From a virus (Duplodnaviria > Heunggongvirae > Uroviricota > Caudoviricetes): 55,460 nt of DNA. The notes under the pieces are model-generated. The model was not told where the DNA came from, made no database searches, and saw nothing but the letters and a program-made list of their open reading frames with translations. Location: positions 64,001-119,460 of the IMG/VR virus record IMGVR_UViG_3300018414_000006; one strand, written 5' to 3'. Of the stretch, positions 46,728-55,460 are shown piece after piece. Position 1 is the first letter of the stretch, and the number at the start of each line of letters is the position of its first letter. Position numbers and translations under genes: made by a program.

Positions 46728-47228
46728 CTAGGATCCCCAGATAAGTGCAAGAGCTGGATCTACAGGAATATAGCCGTTTGGGGCTGGCCTACGAATTGTG
46801 TCAATGCTCATGTTAATTCGTCCTTGTGGTGGCAGATAATATCCAGTATTGATAGAATCTGAAGGTACTGTCAGATTTTTGTGAGCAACTGCTACATAAA
46901 GATCGCGCAGAATAGTTTCTTCCGACCATTCTGGAACATCTGGATATTTATTACCAGAACGATATACTAACCATAATCGTGCAAGTTGCAAGGTCGGAAC
47001 TCTACGCATACCAAGCCCAGAAAGCAGAGGATCAATAAGATCAGAATCACAACACACAACAATTTCATCCACTGCATTTCTGCCTACTGCTTGAAGTGCC
47101 AAGCAATCTCTCAATAGCTGACCTTCTATTGCAGGAGTATATTTGTCAAACACAACTCCCGCATATTTAATTCTACTCATCTGAGGCTGTTCTGTTAAAG
47201 CCGGCCTGGAAACATAGGTAGAAGTCAC
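46728..47228 (-). CDS. Hypothetical protein
   Basis: 166-aa ORF in the portal operon. Confidence 0.6.
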   Translation of the reverse strand: MTSTYVSRPALTEQPQMSRIKYAGVVFDKYTPAIEGQLLRDCLALQAVGRNAVDEIVVCCDSDLIDPLLSGLGMRRVPTLQLARLWLVYRSGNKYPDVPEWSEETILRDLYVAVAHKNLTVPSDSINTGYYLPPQGRINMSIDTIRRPAPNGYIPVDPALALIWGS

Positions 47229-47229
47229 A

Positions 47230-47514
47230 TTAGACTCCTTTAGCTAGTTGATTTGCTTGATCCATAGTTAAGGTGAAAACCCGATTAGGTTCACCTTTAA
47301 ATATGAGTCTAATATCTTTTTTGTTAACTGACGGTCGTACTCCAAATCGGGTTCCCTTTTCAACTACAAAAGGTTTTCCCCGATATTGAAGAGTGACTGG
47401 TTGCTTACCCTTGAAGGTGAAGAACTCGTAATTTTCTTCACCCTTGATTGCTGCGGTTGTATGTGGAACACTACTTGTATCAGTAGTTCCTGGAGTTACT
47501 AGGAAAGAATACAT
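47230..47514 (-). CDS. Hypothetical protein
   Basis: ATG 47514 after SD GAAGGA. Confidence 0.6.
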   Translation of the reverse strand: MYSFLVTPGTTDTSSVPHTTAAIKGEENYEFFTFKGKQPVTLQYRGKPFVVEKGTRFGVRPSVNKKDIRLIFKGEPNRVFTLTMDQANQLAKGV

Positions 47515-47527
47515 ATTCAAATTTCCT

Positions 47528-49414
47528 TCAATCTGGCAAAGTGGTGCGTCCTAATTTTTCACGATTTCTACGTTTTAGCTGTTCTCTATATTCAGGATCT
47601 CTGTCTGCCTGTTGTGCAATTTTCATTATTGCGTCATTGCTTTTAGCTCTTCTAAACGGCATTGCGGCAGAAGGTATATATTTCACTTTGCCGGTTTTCG
47701 TTAAAGTCCAGGTATCACCAGAATCCCCAAAGTCTCTTGCCAATAATGGTTTCCGAGGATTGGCTATAATATTTCTTAACGATTGTGTTGTGACTGTTTT
47801 GCCCGGTTGAACGTTTGCTCCTGTATATTCAGGCTGACCTTCATTTTCTAATTCAGTGGTATCGTTATCATCGAATTCACTATCCACTTCAGAATCATGT
47901 GAAGTGTCCTTACCCGTAAATTCCTTGAATTTTTTTCTAAGCTCTGGATCTTCTTTCAGTTCACGTATAAGAGTTTCTGGATCAAGGTGAGCTGCGGACA
48001 TCCACATTTTAAGTGGAACAGGAACCCCTTTTTCTGAAGCTTTTTCTAACAGCTCAAACATATTGTCTTCGCCACGTGTCTCAAGTTCTTTAGTCCATAT
48101 AAGCTCAGGCATTTTCAGATTATTACGATTGTTTCTATTGAACAAAAAGTCCTGAATGCTATGAGATTGTGCTTTTTTATTTGGATCTTTATAGAGTCCA
48201 TTAGCTACTGCTATAAGTGGAAAAAGTTTTGCATAAAAAATGCGATGAGTCAGATCAACACGAAAGCTGTTTTCCGTTTCAAGAAATGTAGAATATGCAG
48301 ATTCCGCACTGGCATAGTTGGCATCATTTGCCATAAATGCTTCACTGACTCCTAACGCACGAAGTTTATAAGGTACCAGAATATCAGACATATCAGTCCA
48401 TTTCCAGAAATCCCCGCCTGGGCGAATATCTGCTGCTTGAACTGCGCTACGTGTAGAGATCCATCCACCCAGTGGATCATATTCAGCCGACTGAAATGTT
48501 CTAACAAGTTCATCCAGTTCTTCTCCCGTTGGAGTCCAGTCCCCATCTCCCGCAGTTATATGCGTCATTGCACGTTGACGCCTTTGTGCTTCAGTAAGTG
48601 TACCTCTGAATAATGTTTTTTCTATGAGATACATCGGCAAAAGACGATGAAGATAGGAAGTATAGGCACGGTCCGTTGTGGATCTTCTGGGAATAAAAAG
48701 AGAAGTCATAGGACTAAGAGTAAACGATCCACTGCGAAGCATTTCTATAAATTGTTGCGGCATTGAATTAAGATACCGCATAGCAAATTCTGAAGTGTCA
48801 TGCAAAAATTGCTGTGTTGCCTGACCTACTCTAACATTTATAGTAGGATCGATGCCCCAAAAAGGACTCGGAATAACTGCACACTGTAAAGCATCATGAA
48901 TGAGTGTATCTATAAACTTCTTTTTTCTCTGATCAAAAACCAATGATCCACAAAAGAAACCATCCGTTAAATGCGCGTTAGTTATTAGCGGAAGCAATTG
49001 ACGAAGATCAAGCTGTTCTAATGCTTCGTCATATATATTAAGTTCGTGTTGTTCAAGTCCACGTAATTCCCAATCGGAAAAGGGAAAAGTAGATTTAATA
49101 TCAACAACAGAACCTGCCACATTATCATGAAGGTACATATCACGATAGAATAAAGCAAGCGTAGAGGTGTCAATCAAATGAGGATCTGCCGGAATCAGAC
49201 CCGTCATATAGTATTGATACTGACTCTGCCAAAATCCATTCATTGCTACATTGGCACTACCAGTTCCACTACCGAAACTTCCGCCAAGTGATGCTGTAAT
49301 TTTGGTAGTATCCTTGAAATTTCTTGGTTGTGCTGAAGCTATCAAATTTCTTGAATCAGGAGCCATGTTTATGGTGCTTCCTGAAACTCCTAATATTCTC
49401 TTTTTTGCAAACAT
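47528..49414 (-). CDS. Portal protein
   Basis: 628 aa near the terminase, with portal-like architecture (LYRDMY..D.VAGSVVD, clip region, KLRALGVSEAF, ANYASAE); acidic C-terminal linker. Confidence 0.65.
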   Translation of the reverse strand: MFAKKRILGVSGSTINMAPDSRNLIASAQPRNFKDTTKITASLGGSFGSGTGSANVAMNGFWQSQYQYYMTGLIPADPHLIDTSTLALFYRDMYLHDNVAGSVVDIKSTFPFSDWELRGLEQHELNIYDEALEQLDLRQLLPLITNAHLTDGFFCGSLVFDQRKKKFIDTLIHDALQCAVIPSPFWGIDPTINVRVGQATQQFLHDTSEFAMRYLNSMPQQFIEMLRSGSFTLSPMTSLFIPRRSTTDRAYTSYLHRLLPMYLIEKTLFRGTLTEAQRRQRAMTHITAGDGDWTPTGEELDELVRTFQSAEYDPLGGWISTRSAVQAADIRPGGDFWKWTDMSDILVPYKLRALGVSEAFMANDANYASAESAYSTFLETENSFRVDLTHRIFYAKLFPLIAVANGLYKDPNKKAQSHSIQDFLFNRNNRNNLKMPELIWTKELETRGEDNMFELLEKASEKGVPVPLKMWMSAAHLDPETLIRELKEDPELRKKFKEFTGKDTSHDSEVDSEFDDNDTTELENEGQPEYTGANVQPGKTVTTQSLRNIIANPRKPLLARDFGDSGDTWTLTKTGKVKYIPSAAMPFRRAKSNDAIMKIAQQADRDPEYREQLKRRNREKLGRTTLPD

Positions 49415-49433
49415 GGATTACCTGATTTGTTAT

Positions 49434-50042
49434 CTATCGTTGCAAGAAACTGATTGTTTCATTACGTATTTCAGTGTATCGAGAATTGACCATATCCGCC
49501 AGTCGATTTCTGCTATCAATCTGTGCTCTTCTAAGAGCACTGTACGTTTCGTCAGATAATAGATCTTTTACCTCTGCGGATACTGTTGCGTATTCTTCCA
49601 CGATTTTTGTTGCAATGTCCAAAAAAGCAGGTCGAATTATATTTTCGACAATTGATTGACCTATAGCACCTCTATCCTGCGCATTGTTCAAATCTGTTAC
49701 AAGTTCTCGAATAGTTTGAATAGTACCATTAAGCGAATGCGCGCCATATCTGCCCTTAGACCGACGTATGCCAGTTTCCATTTGAGGAATAAGGTCAATC
49801 AACATCTGAACAAGACGACGATTTAACATCTGTGTGGCACGTGCCACATTATCATCTTCAAATAGATTTTGAAGTTTTTCAGCATCATCTCCAATGATAG
49901 AAACTATTTCTTTTTTATCTATCTTGGACAGTTTTTTTGCTGATACAGAAGATGCAATGCGTCGGTTTTTTGGTATTGTTGGTTTTTCGTCATGACGTTC
50001 TGTAATTTCAAAATTCACATTTCTTGATCTCATCTGCTTCAT
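49434..50042 (-). CDS. Hypothetical helical protein (terminase small subunit candidate)
   Basis: All-helical 202 aa in the packaging cluster; function inferred from position only. Confidence 0.45.
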   Translation of the reverse strand: MKQMRSRNVNFEITERHDEKPTIPKNRRIASSVSAKKLSKIDKKEIVSIIGDDAEKLQNLFEDDNVARATQMLNRRLVQMLIDLIPQMETGIRRSKGRYGAHSLNGTIQTIRELVTDLNNAQDRGAIGQSIVENIIRPAFLDIATKIVEEYATVSAEVKDLLSDETYSALRRAQIDSRNRLADMVNSRYTEIRNETISFLQR

Positions 50043-50263
50043 GTTGAAAACTCTTCGTCACTAACAGGCAATGCAATACGATGCTCATTACAAACCAGTA
50101 CCGGATAACCATTAGCCATGGCTCTATTCATTGGCTTTTGACATTCGGGGCATAATCCAGCACCTGCAACTTCAGCCGACATATTTATTCGAGCCTGTAC
50201 TTTTTCTTTAGCTTTAGTTTTTGTTACGCCCGCTCGCAAAAAAGCCTGTGGTAATTTCATCAT
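50039..50263 (-). CDS. Small zinc-ribbon protein
   Basis: CPEC...CNEH ligands. Confidence 0.6.
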   Translation of the reverse strand: MMKLPQAFLRAGVTKTKAKEKVQARINMSAEVAGAGLCPECQKPMNRAMANGYPVLVCNEHRIALPVSDEEFST

Positions 50264-50868
50264 GATACTTTCCTGTTAATCAATCTCAAGCAGGAAGTTT
50301 TTTCTACCTGCTTCACTATAGAACGACAATCATAATTCAGATTTTGTTGAATTCCAATTTCAAGACCATAGCAACCTATAAAGCTTGAATCCAGTTGGTG
50401 CGGTGTGGTGCGACATGTTTTATAAAGATCATTCAATTTCAATGAATCGTTTTTAAAACGTCGATGCCAATCATTTTTCCATGTTACAGGAGTTATCAAT
50501 AAAATAGGCAAGCTATATCTTCCACCAAGAAGACCTAACATGAGATTAACCAGTTCAATGGTCGATCCTTTAAGTCCTCGTGATTGAAAACGTTCTGCAA
50601 CTATTCCATGTGGTTCGTAAAGTTTAATCCAGCGACCAACTTCATCAAGAAAAACATTCCGTTGTGCGTTAAAAAAACGTATGTCTGCTAAAGGACTGGT
50701 CACAATGGAGTTAACAGACACACATATTTCTTCAGTAGCAGGATGATAACTGACAAGAGAAATTCCCATATTCCTGCTTCCGGGATCGAGCGCAAGAATT
50801 CTTTTTGTATTTTGTGTGATTTTTATCAAAGGTAATTCATAGGATGCATTAGCTAATTTCTTTTTCAT
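50260..50868 (-). CDS. ruvC: RuvC-like Holliday junction resolvase
   Basis: ILALDPGSRNMG, VAERFQ, HQLDS acidic motifs. Likely start ATG 50868. Confidence 0.75.
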   Translation of the reverse strand: MKKKLANASYELPLIKITQNTKRILALDPGSRNMGISLVSYHPATEEICVSVNSIVTSPLADIRFFNAQRNVFLDEVGRWIKLYEPHGIVAERFQSRGLKGSTIELVNLMLGLLGGRYSLPILLITPVTWKNDWHRRFKNDSLKLNDLYKTCRTTPHQLDSSFIGCYGLEIGIQQNLNYDCRSIVKQVEKTSCLRLINRKVS

Positions 50869-50894
50869 TGGAACATTTCTTTTTCCTTGTATAC

Positions 50895-50906
50895 AATAAA
50901 ATTGCA
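50895..50906 (-). promoter_or_regulatory. Late-promoter motif TGCAATTTTATT
   Basis: Directly after the terminase stop, 26 nt before ATG 50868. Confidence 0.6.
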
Positions 50907-50908
50907 GT

Positions 50909-53122
50909 CTAGCGAAGTCCTGTAAAGGGGCGTCCAGATCTACCCAATAATGCCGGTGTGGGCATTCTTGTTTTATTTCCGGAAAAACCATAATTAAATT
51001 CTTTTGCTTCTACAAGTCTTTCCATGACTTTTGGTTGATGAATTGTAGAAATTAATAAAACAACAGTTCTAAATCCATCATCTGTAAAACCATCACCTTT
51101 TTCAGGACAGCGTAACTCTCCAACATTTTTGACGGTACACATTTGCAGAAACAGATGTTCTACAGGATTACCTGTCATTTCTGTTCGCCAGTCATCGATA
51201 TTGCCATCAAGTATGCGTTGTTTTGTTCCATCATTTATATTCGGAAAAATCACATTTCCAGAAGTGATCATAGCTACAGCAGTGTTAAAATCTTTTCGTT
51301 TAGGTGAATATTGTTTAGGCAAACATCGAATCTTCTGAAGTGGATTGTTGCCCATGTCCTGTTTGATTCTATACAGTAGGTCGATACTTTGCCATTGATC
51401 TGCAACCAACCCAACAGCGTTAAGATCCTTTGCAATTTGCAATATTGCAAAGTTGTATAAAAGATTGAAATTTATTTTTCTTCCTTCTTGAGGTATGCAC
51501 TCAAGCAAAGTTGTTACTTTAGTTTTACCGTCATTAAAATCATAGTGACCACCCCCTATAAAAAACGAATTATTTGTATGTCCTGCATCAATTGCAATTA
51601 TAGAAGGCCAGCGAAAAGAACGAATTCGTTCTACTTTACCATACACTTCTCCGGGAGAATCAAATTGATATATAAAGTTATGACTATTTTGTCCCCCAAC
51701 AAATATTTTTTCTTTGAATGCTTCAGGATTCATGAACCGAGAATGAACAGTTGGTGCAATAGCACCCCAATCTCGATTTGCTTTTTCGGGATTTGATATA
51801 AAAGCAGAAGCAATAATTGGAGTATCTCGCTCCATAATGGGATTTATTTCCCAAGTTGGGCAATTTACTCCCAGGATAGTGAATGTACCTTCAGGCGTTC
51901 TTGCCTCTCTTAAAAGACGCATCATTTTATCCCTTATTGAATAGGGAGAAGATACACTCATCATCAATGCAGGTGGAGCTGTAAAATATCCCCTTTTTAA
52001 AGCAGAATTATAAAGTGCATTAATAGTTCCAAGACTACTAAAAAGTGATCTGTGAGCTTCATCTGCATTTGCACGTTCTCCCGATTGTTCTTCCTCATTT
52101 CCTTTCGGAAGAGGGAAAAGTCCTAATTCATCTAAACCTCCTAAAAATCTAGTATCGCCACGAAGAGTATTTGAAGTAGGCCCAGAAGGATAGAGTTTTA
52201 TATTTTTGTAATGAAATGCTGTGTATATGCCAGATATTTTATATAGTTCTTTACCATATCTTTGTTTATAATAATCCAGTAATTTTTGTAGTTCGATGAA
52301 CCAATCATTTTCTTCCAAAATGCATCTTCTAAAAGGTGTCCAAAGATTGCCTAGTGCTTTATTGAAGTTCAGACTAACAAAAGTTCCTGTCAACTGTGTC
52401 GATGATTGCATTCCTTTTGTTAAAGAGGCATATGAAGGAAATTTCAACATTCTATGAAGAAGATAGGGAGCAGCTTGAGTAGCAAGCCAGGAAGATTTTC
52501 CTGAACGTTGCCCAAGAACCATAGCGATTTGCATGTAGTTTTTCAGGCCATGATTCTGAATCAATTCCCATTTGTTTCTTTTACATTTTGGACATTTGCC
52601 ATATTCCAGAAAAATCAAATGCTCTTTAAGATTTTTAGATGAGTAATCTTTAGGTACATTCTCAAACACCATCCATTTTTTATTAGAACAGCAAGGGCAT
52701 ATCTCAGCCATAAGCATTGAGGTAATCCACAGTTGACGCGACCAAGGAGGATTGGCTTTTTTACCTACCAGATTGAAAGCAAAGTCGTAATAGTTTTTTG
52801 CTAGAGGTAGATCACGAGTATCAATTTTTAAATCATGAAGTGTTCCAGTAGTTTCGTCTTCCATATCATTCATATATTTATGAATATCAAAGTCATCTGA
52901 AGTTATGAGCACATCACTTTCTGACTTTTCATAACCACCACCTTTGATAATATATTCGTCTTCACGAATTTCTTTGAAATTCTTTGTGGTAACACTACCT
53001 AGCTTTATTGCTTTTTTCATTCGACGATCATGAATTTCTTGCATTTCTTGCGAGGTTAGAAGATCAGGAAACAATTCATCGGCTCTAGTTTTCATCAAAC
53101 GTGAAGTATCGATTTTATTCAT
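50909..53122 (-). CDS. terL: Terminase large subunit
   Basis: Walker A LGQRSGKS, Walker B GGLDELG, nuclease IAIDAG and FTDD motifs. Confidence 0.85.
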   Translation of the reverse strand: MNKIDTSRLMKTRADELFPDLLTSQEMQEIHDRRMKKAIKLGSVTTKNFKEIREDEYIIKGGGYEKSESDVLITSDDFDIHKYMNDMEDETTGTLHDLKIDTRDLPLAKNYYDFAFNLVGKKANPPWSRQLWITSMLMAEICPCCSNKKWMVFENVPKDYSSKNLKEHLIFLEYGKCPKCKRNKWELIQNHGLKNYMQIAMVLGQRSGKSSWLATQAAPYLLHRMLKFPSYASLTKGMQSSTQLTGTFVSLNFNKALGNLWTPFRRCILEENDWFIELQKLLDYYKQRYGKELYKISGIYTAFHYKNIKLYPSGPTSNTLRGDTRFLGGLDELGLFPLPKGNEEEQSGERANADEAHRSLFSSLGTINALYNSALKRGYFTAPPALMMSVSSPYSIRDKMMRLLREARTPEGTFTILGVNCPTWEINPIMERDTPIIASAFISNPEKANRDWGAIAPTVHSRFMNPEAFKEKIFVGGQNSHNFIYQFDSPGEVYGKVERIRSFRWPSIIAIDAGHTNNSFFIGGGHYDFNDGKTKVTTLLECIPQEGRKINFNLLYNFAILQIAKDLNAVGLVADQWQSIDLLYRIKQDMGNNPLQKIRCLPKQYSPKRKDFNTAVAMITSGNVIFPNINDGTKQRILDGNIDDWRTEMTGNPVEHLFLQMCTVKNVGELRCPEKGDGFTDDGFRTVVLLISTIHQPKVMERLVEAKEFNYGFSGNKTRMPTPALLGRSGRPFTGLR

Positions 53123-53745
53123 TTTTCTTTTTTCTCTTGAAGTTTTGCATTCATATCAATATTCATTGGTGTAGGAAAATAGATTTCTGTTTTAGGCGCA
53201 GTTATTTTTAAAATATGTTCTACTGAGGATTGAGGAAGTTTCATGTATTGAGCAATGTACTTAGCCATACGAATCCTTCCAGCTTCTTCAAGCATGTTTT
53301 TAAATTGCACAAAAGGCTTATTATCAATTTCTGAATCAAGTAATCGTTGAACTATATCTAATGCCTGTGCAGTTCCCGCTTGAGCGGCTAATGTACGTGG
53401 ACCTAATTCAACCAGAAAAAACTCTCGTATCTGTTTTATAAATCCAGATAACTCTAGAGGCAATTCCTTTTCCAGACAATTCAGACGTTTATCAACTTCT
53501 GAATTGTGTGCAAGCAGTGCCGGAGATTGATGTACTGCATGTTTTCTACTATCAGAATCAGTTGCAGGAGAATCACTCGGCTGATAGAAAAATCGAGATC
53601 TGTGTTTTTTCTTTATAAGTTTATGTTCTTTTTGCGACTTATTAACAGATGAAGGTTTTGCCAGTACAGAAAGAGCCGCAAGCAGATCATCCTGCTTGTC
53701 CTCTTCTTTTTTTGACAAACTGAGATTATTACTTGCGGTAGTCAT
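53119..53745 (-). CDS. Hypothetical protein
   Basis: 208-aa ORF coupled to terL. Confidence 0.6.
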   Translation of the reverse strand: MTTASNNLSLSKKEEDKQDDLLAALSVLAKPSSVNKSQKEHKLIKKKHRSRFFYQPSDSPATDSDSRKHAVHQSPALLAHNSEVDKRLNCLEKELPLELSGFIKQIREFFLVELGPRTLAAQAGTAQALDIVQRLLDSEIDNKPFVQFKNMLEEAGRIRMAKYIAQYMKLPQSSVEHILKITAPKTEIYFPTPMNIDMNAKLQEKKEK

Positions 53746-53767
53746 AAGGATCCAATTAAATTTCGTC

Positions 53768-55183
53768 TTATACGGAAGACTTGATATTTTTTGTTTTTAT
53801 ATACAAAGTTTCGCCTACGCCAGTACGTATCTGACGAAAACAGAAGTTTCTTAAATCCATTGGTTTGTATCCCAATGCATTGCAGATTTTGATTTTTTGT
53901 TCCTTATTACCTAGTATCCATTTTTTCAATGTCATCCAATCAATATTTCTTTTAGCTTTACCCAATTCCTCTAATTCAAGAAAAATCTTTTCGCGGCTAC
54001 GATGTTGAAGCTGACCGGTATCTTTCAGATACGATATAGTATCAAATACAGGATCAATGCCGCATGCTTCTCCTGCTGCATTTTCAACCCATAAACGAAT
54101 CCATATTTTTCTTCCGGGCTGACTCAATTTATTTTTCTTTGTAACTACCTGTACATACCTATAACGATCATTTCCTTCGATTGTTGCAGAAGGTTCCAAT
54201 TCTAAACGTTCCTCAGTATCAAATTTTGGAGTGAATGGCATTCCAGAACTACGTGAAGTCCACCAGGTTCGCACATCAGAATAAAACTTTAGCGCATTGC
54301 CGCAGGCTTCTTTTTCTTTAGGACCATACATAGCCATAGGAATTTCACGTAACTGATTAATACCAACTAACGCAACCATTTTTCTGGCAAGTTTCGGTTT
54401 AATACGAGGAAGATGTTTAGCGAAAAATCTAGCATGAACTCCCAAAGAATTATCAGCAGTTTCATCATCATTGGAGTCAGGGTTCATGGTAGGCCAAGAA
54501 TCATTAAATATAATTCCCTGAAGTTTACCGTCTTGTGCTGGTACCCACAATCCTTTTCCGTATTTTTTTCTCATTACAGGATCAGCATAACTTCCTACAG
54601 TAGCTTTATGTTTTTTGTTGTTTTCATCAAAAATATACCACCAGCCTTTATTAACATATTTTTTGTCAGGCATCTCTCTAAGAACCGCAGAGGTCCAATC
54701 AAAAAATTTCTCTCCTACCGATTCCGCAGTGTAACGAACAATTGGGCGTACTATCCATTTTCCTGTGACAGGATCCCGTTTACCAAAAATTTCAGTAGTT
54801 GATTTTTTAACATCCATTGTTTTTAGAATATTCCCAACATACGGAATAGAATTGGATGTTGATCCTTCATAATCAAAAAGTGCGATAAGACCAATAGACT
54901 GTTTTACTGCCGCTGCCATAATTGATAGAGCGCCTGTAGTTTTTGCACTCTGTTCAAATCCAGCATGCCCGTACATGGCTGGACGTATTCCACCACCTAA
55001 AAGCAGATCATATTGCAATAATCCAGTAGACATTGGTTCTACCATAGTCATAAGATCCGTATCTACACCTTGTCTTCTACTAATTTCATCAAGAGTATCA
55101 TGAAACATAGAAGAATAATCAAATGCGACTTTATTATTTTTTATTTCTTCATCATCTTTTACAAGTTTTTTTCTGGTAGCCAT
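53768..55183 (-). CDS. recA: RecA/UvsX-like recombinase
   Basis: STGLLQYDLLLGGG, Walker A variant GFEQSAKTT, FDYEG, DS, INQLRE, GNALKFYSDVR. Confidence 0.88.
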   Translation of the reverse strand: MATRKKLVKDDEEIKNNKVAFDYSSMFHDTLDEISRRQGVDTDLMTMVEPMSTGLLQYDLLLGGGIRPAMYGHAGFEQSAKTTGALSIMAAAVKQSIGLIALFDYEGSTSNSIPYVGNILKTMDVKKSTTEIFGKRDPVTGKWIVRPIVRYTAESVGEKFFDWTSAVLREMPDKKYVNKGWWYIFDENNKKHKATVGSYADPVMRKKYGKGLWVPAQDGKLQGIIFNDSWPTMNPDSNDDETADNSLGVHARFFAKHLPRIKPKLARKMVALVGINQLREIPMAMYGPKEKEACGNALKFYSDVRTWWTSRSSGMPFTPKFDTEERLELEPSATIEGNDRYRYVQVVTKKNKLSQPGRKIWIRLWVENAAGEACGIDPVFDTISYLKDTGQLQHRSREKIFLELEELGKAKRNIDWMTLKKWILGNKEQKIKICNALGYKPMDLRNFCFRQIRTGVGETLYIKTKNIKSSV

Positions 55184-55207
55184 TCAATTTGACCTGAAAG
55201 TAGAAAC

Positions 55208-55248
55208 AAAAAAGCCCGACCAAAGAACAGGGCGTTCAAGGGCCGGGC
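55208..55248 (-). terminator. Intrinsic terminator
   Basis: GCCCGGCC/GGTCGGGC stem (one G-U) with inner GAAC/GTTC, followed by T6 on the minus strand, downstream of the partial ORF. Confidence 0.75.
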
Positions 55249-55282
55249 CAGTGGTTTATCTAATACAAGTTAATTCTGACTA

Positions 55283-55460
55283 TTAACGACGTGCTGTCTT
55301 CCTAACTGCGGGACGATCGCGACGTGGTGGTTCGTCTTCAAAATCATCTTCTTCAAAATCTTCAACAGTCTTTTTCTTAGCTACCTTCTTAACTGCTGGT
55401 TTACGACCACGTGTAGGAGGTTCATCAAAATCATCTTCATTTTCTTCGCTTTCTTCTGAA
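55283..55460 (-). CDS. C-terminal fragment of an acidic/basic low-complexity protein (probable SSB tail), 5' truncated
   Basis: Reads SEESEENEDDFDEPPTRGRKPAVKKVAKKKTVEDFEEDDFEDEPPRRDRPAVRKTARR-stop (TAA 55283-55285). Not in the ORF track. Confidence 0.7.
   Translation of the reverse strand, partial: SEESEENEDDFDEPPTRGRKPAVKKVAKKKTVEDFEEDDFEDEPPRRDRPAVRKTARR

Noticed and set aside
46701-46729. Plus-strand sigma70 promoter (TTGACA, 17 bp, CATTCT) antisense to the portal operon
   Set aside because: The -10 matches only 3/6 and there is no downstream plus-strand gene; plausible by chance.
11-54802. Numerous 60-150-aa ORFs antisense to or nested in long genes (e.g. 181-513, 6223-6579, 22718-23158, 42829-43281, 54413-54802)
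   Set aside because: Shadow frames of real genes, with no SD, no motifs and atypical composition.
2032-55183. Additional inteins in dnaB, terL or recA
   Set aside because: Their insertions lack the C1/TxxH/HN-[CST] motifs, and dnaB has normal length.
1-55460. CRISPR array, tRNA/rRNA genes, IS transposase or integrase
   Set aside because: No regularly spaced direct repeats, no tRNA consensus loops and no DDE or tyrosine-recombinase motifs seen by eye. The Cas4-like gene stands alone.
1-55460. Stop-codon reassignment (as in some jumbo or gut phages)
   Set aside because: Long conserved genes are intact in code 11, and TAA, TAG and TGA all end genes at sensible positions.

Overview
AT-rich segment of a large (jumbo-type) tailed myophage genome, standard genetic code, densely coding. 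From gene content I infer a relationship to the Lu11/PaBG/RSL1/Erwinia Y3-like jumbo phages; this is not verified by a search. Left third, mostly minus strand: a replication/recombination block with DnaB-like helicase, a degenerate DnaC-like loader, SF2 helicase, bacterial-type beta clamp, orphan DNA MTase, SbcC/Rad50 ATPase, DnaX-type clamp loader and a solo Cas4-like nuclease. Middle, plus strand: two large depolymerase-type tail fibres/spikes, an unexplained Gly/Asn/Gln-rich operon, a 5'-3' exonuclease (minus), a holin / membrane protein / GH19 endolysin cassette and a TraR-like protein. Right half, minus strand: a ~15 kb contractile-tail baseplate/tape-measure operon, portal, RuvC-like resolvase, large terminase, RecA-like recombinase and the tail of a probable SSB. 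Main discoveries: (1) dnaX is fractured into two genes by a naturally split intein, with a Vsr-like homing endonuclease inserted antisense and filling the whole gap. (2) A recurring 12-bp motif T(G/A)(C/T)AATTTTAT(A/T) lies upstream of late-type genes, including inside the C-intein coding sequence where it points at the endonuclease; it is a probable phage late promoter. (3) A ~120-nt leader RNA ahead of the tail operon has two mutually exclusive folds, one terminator-like (riboswitch/attenuator architecture). (4) A second multi-hairpin leader precedes a codon-optimised glycine-zipper/Q-N-rich protein of unknown function. No tRNA, rRNA or CRISPR array was seen. All motif searches were done by eye.
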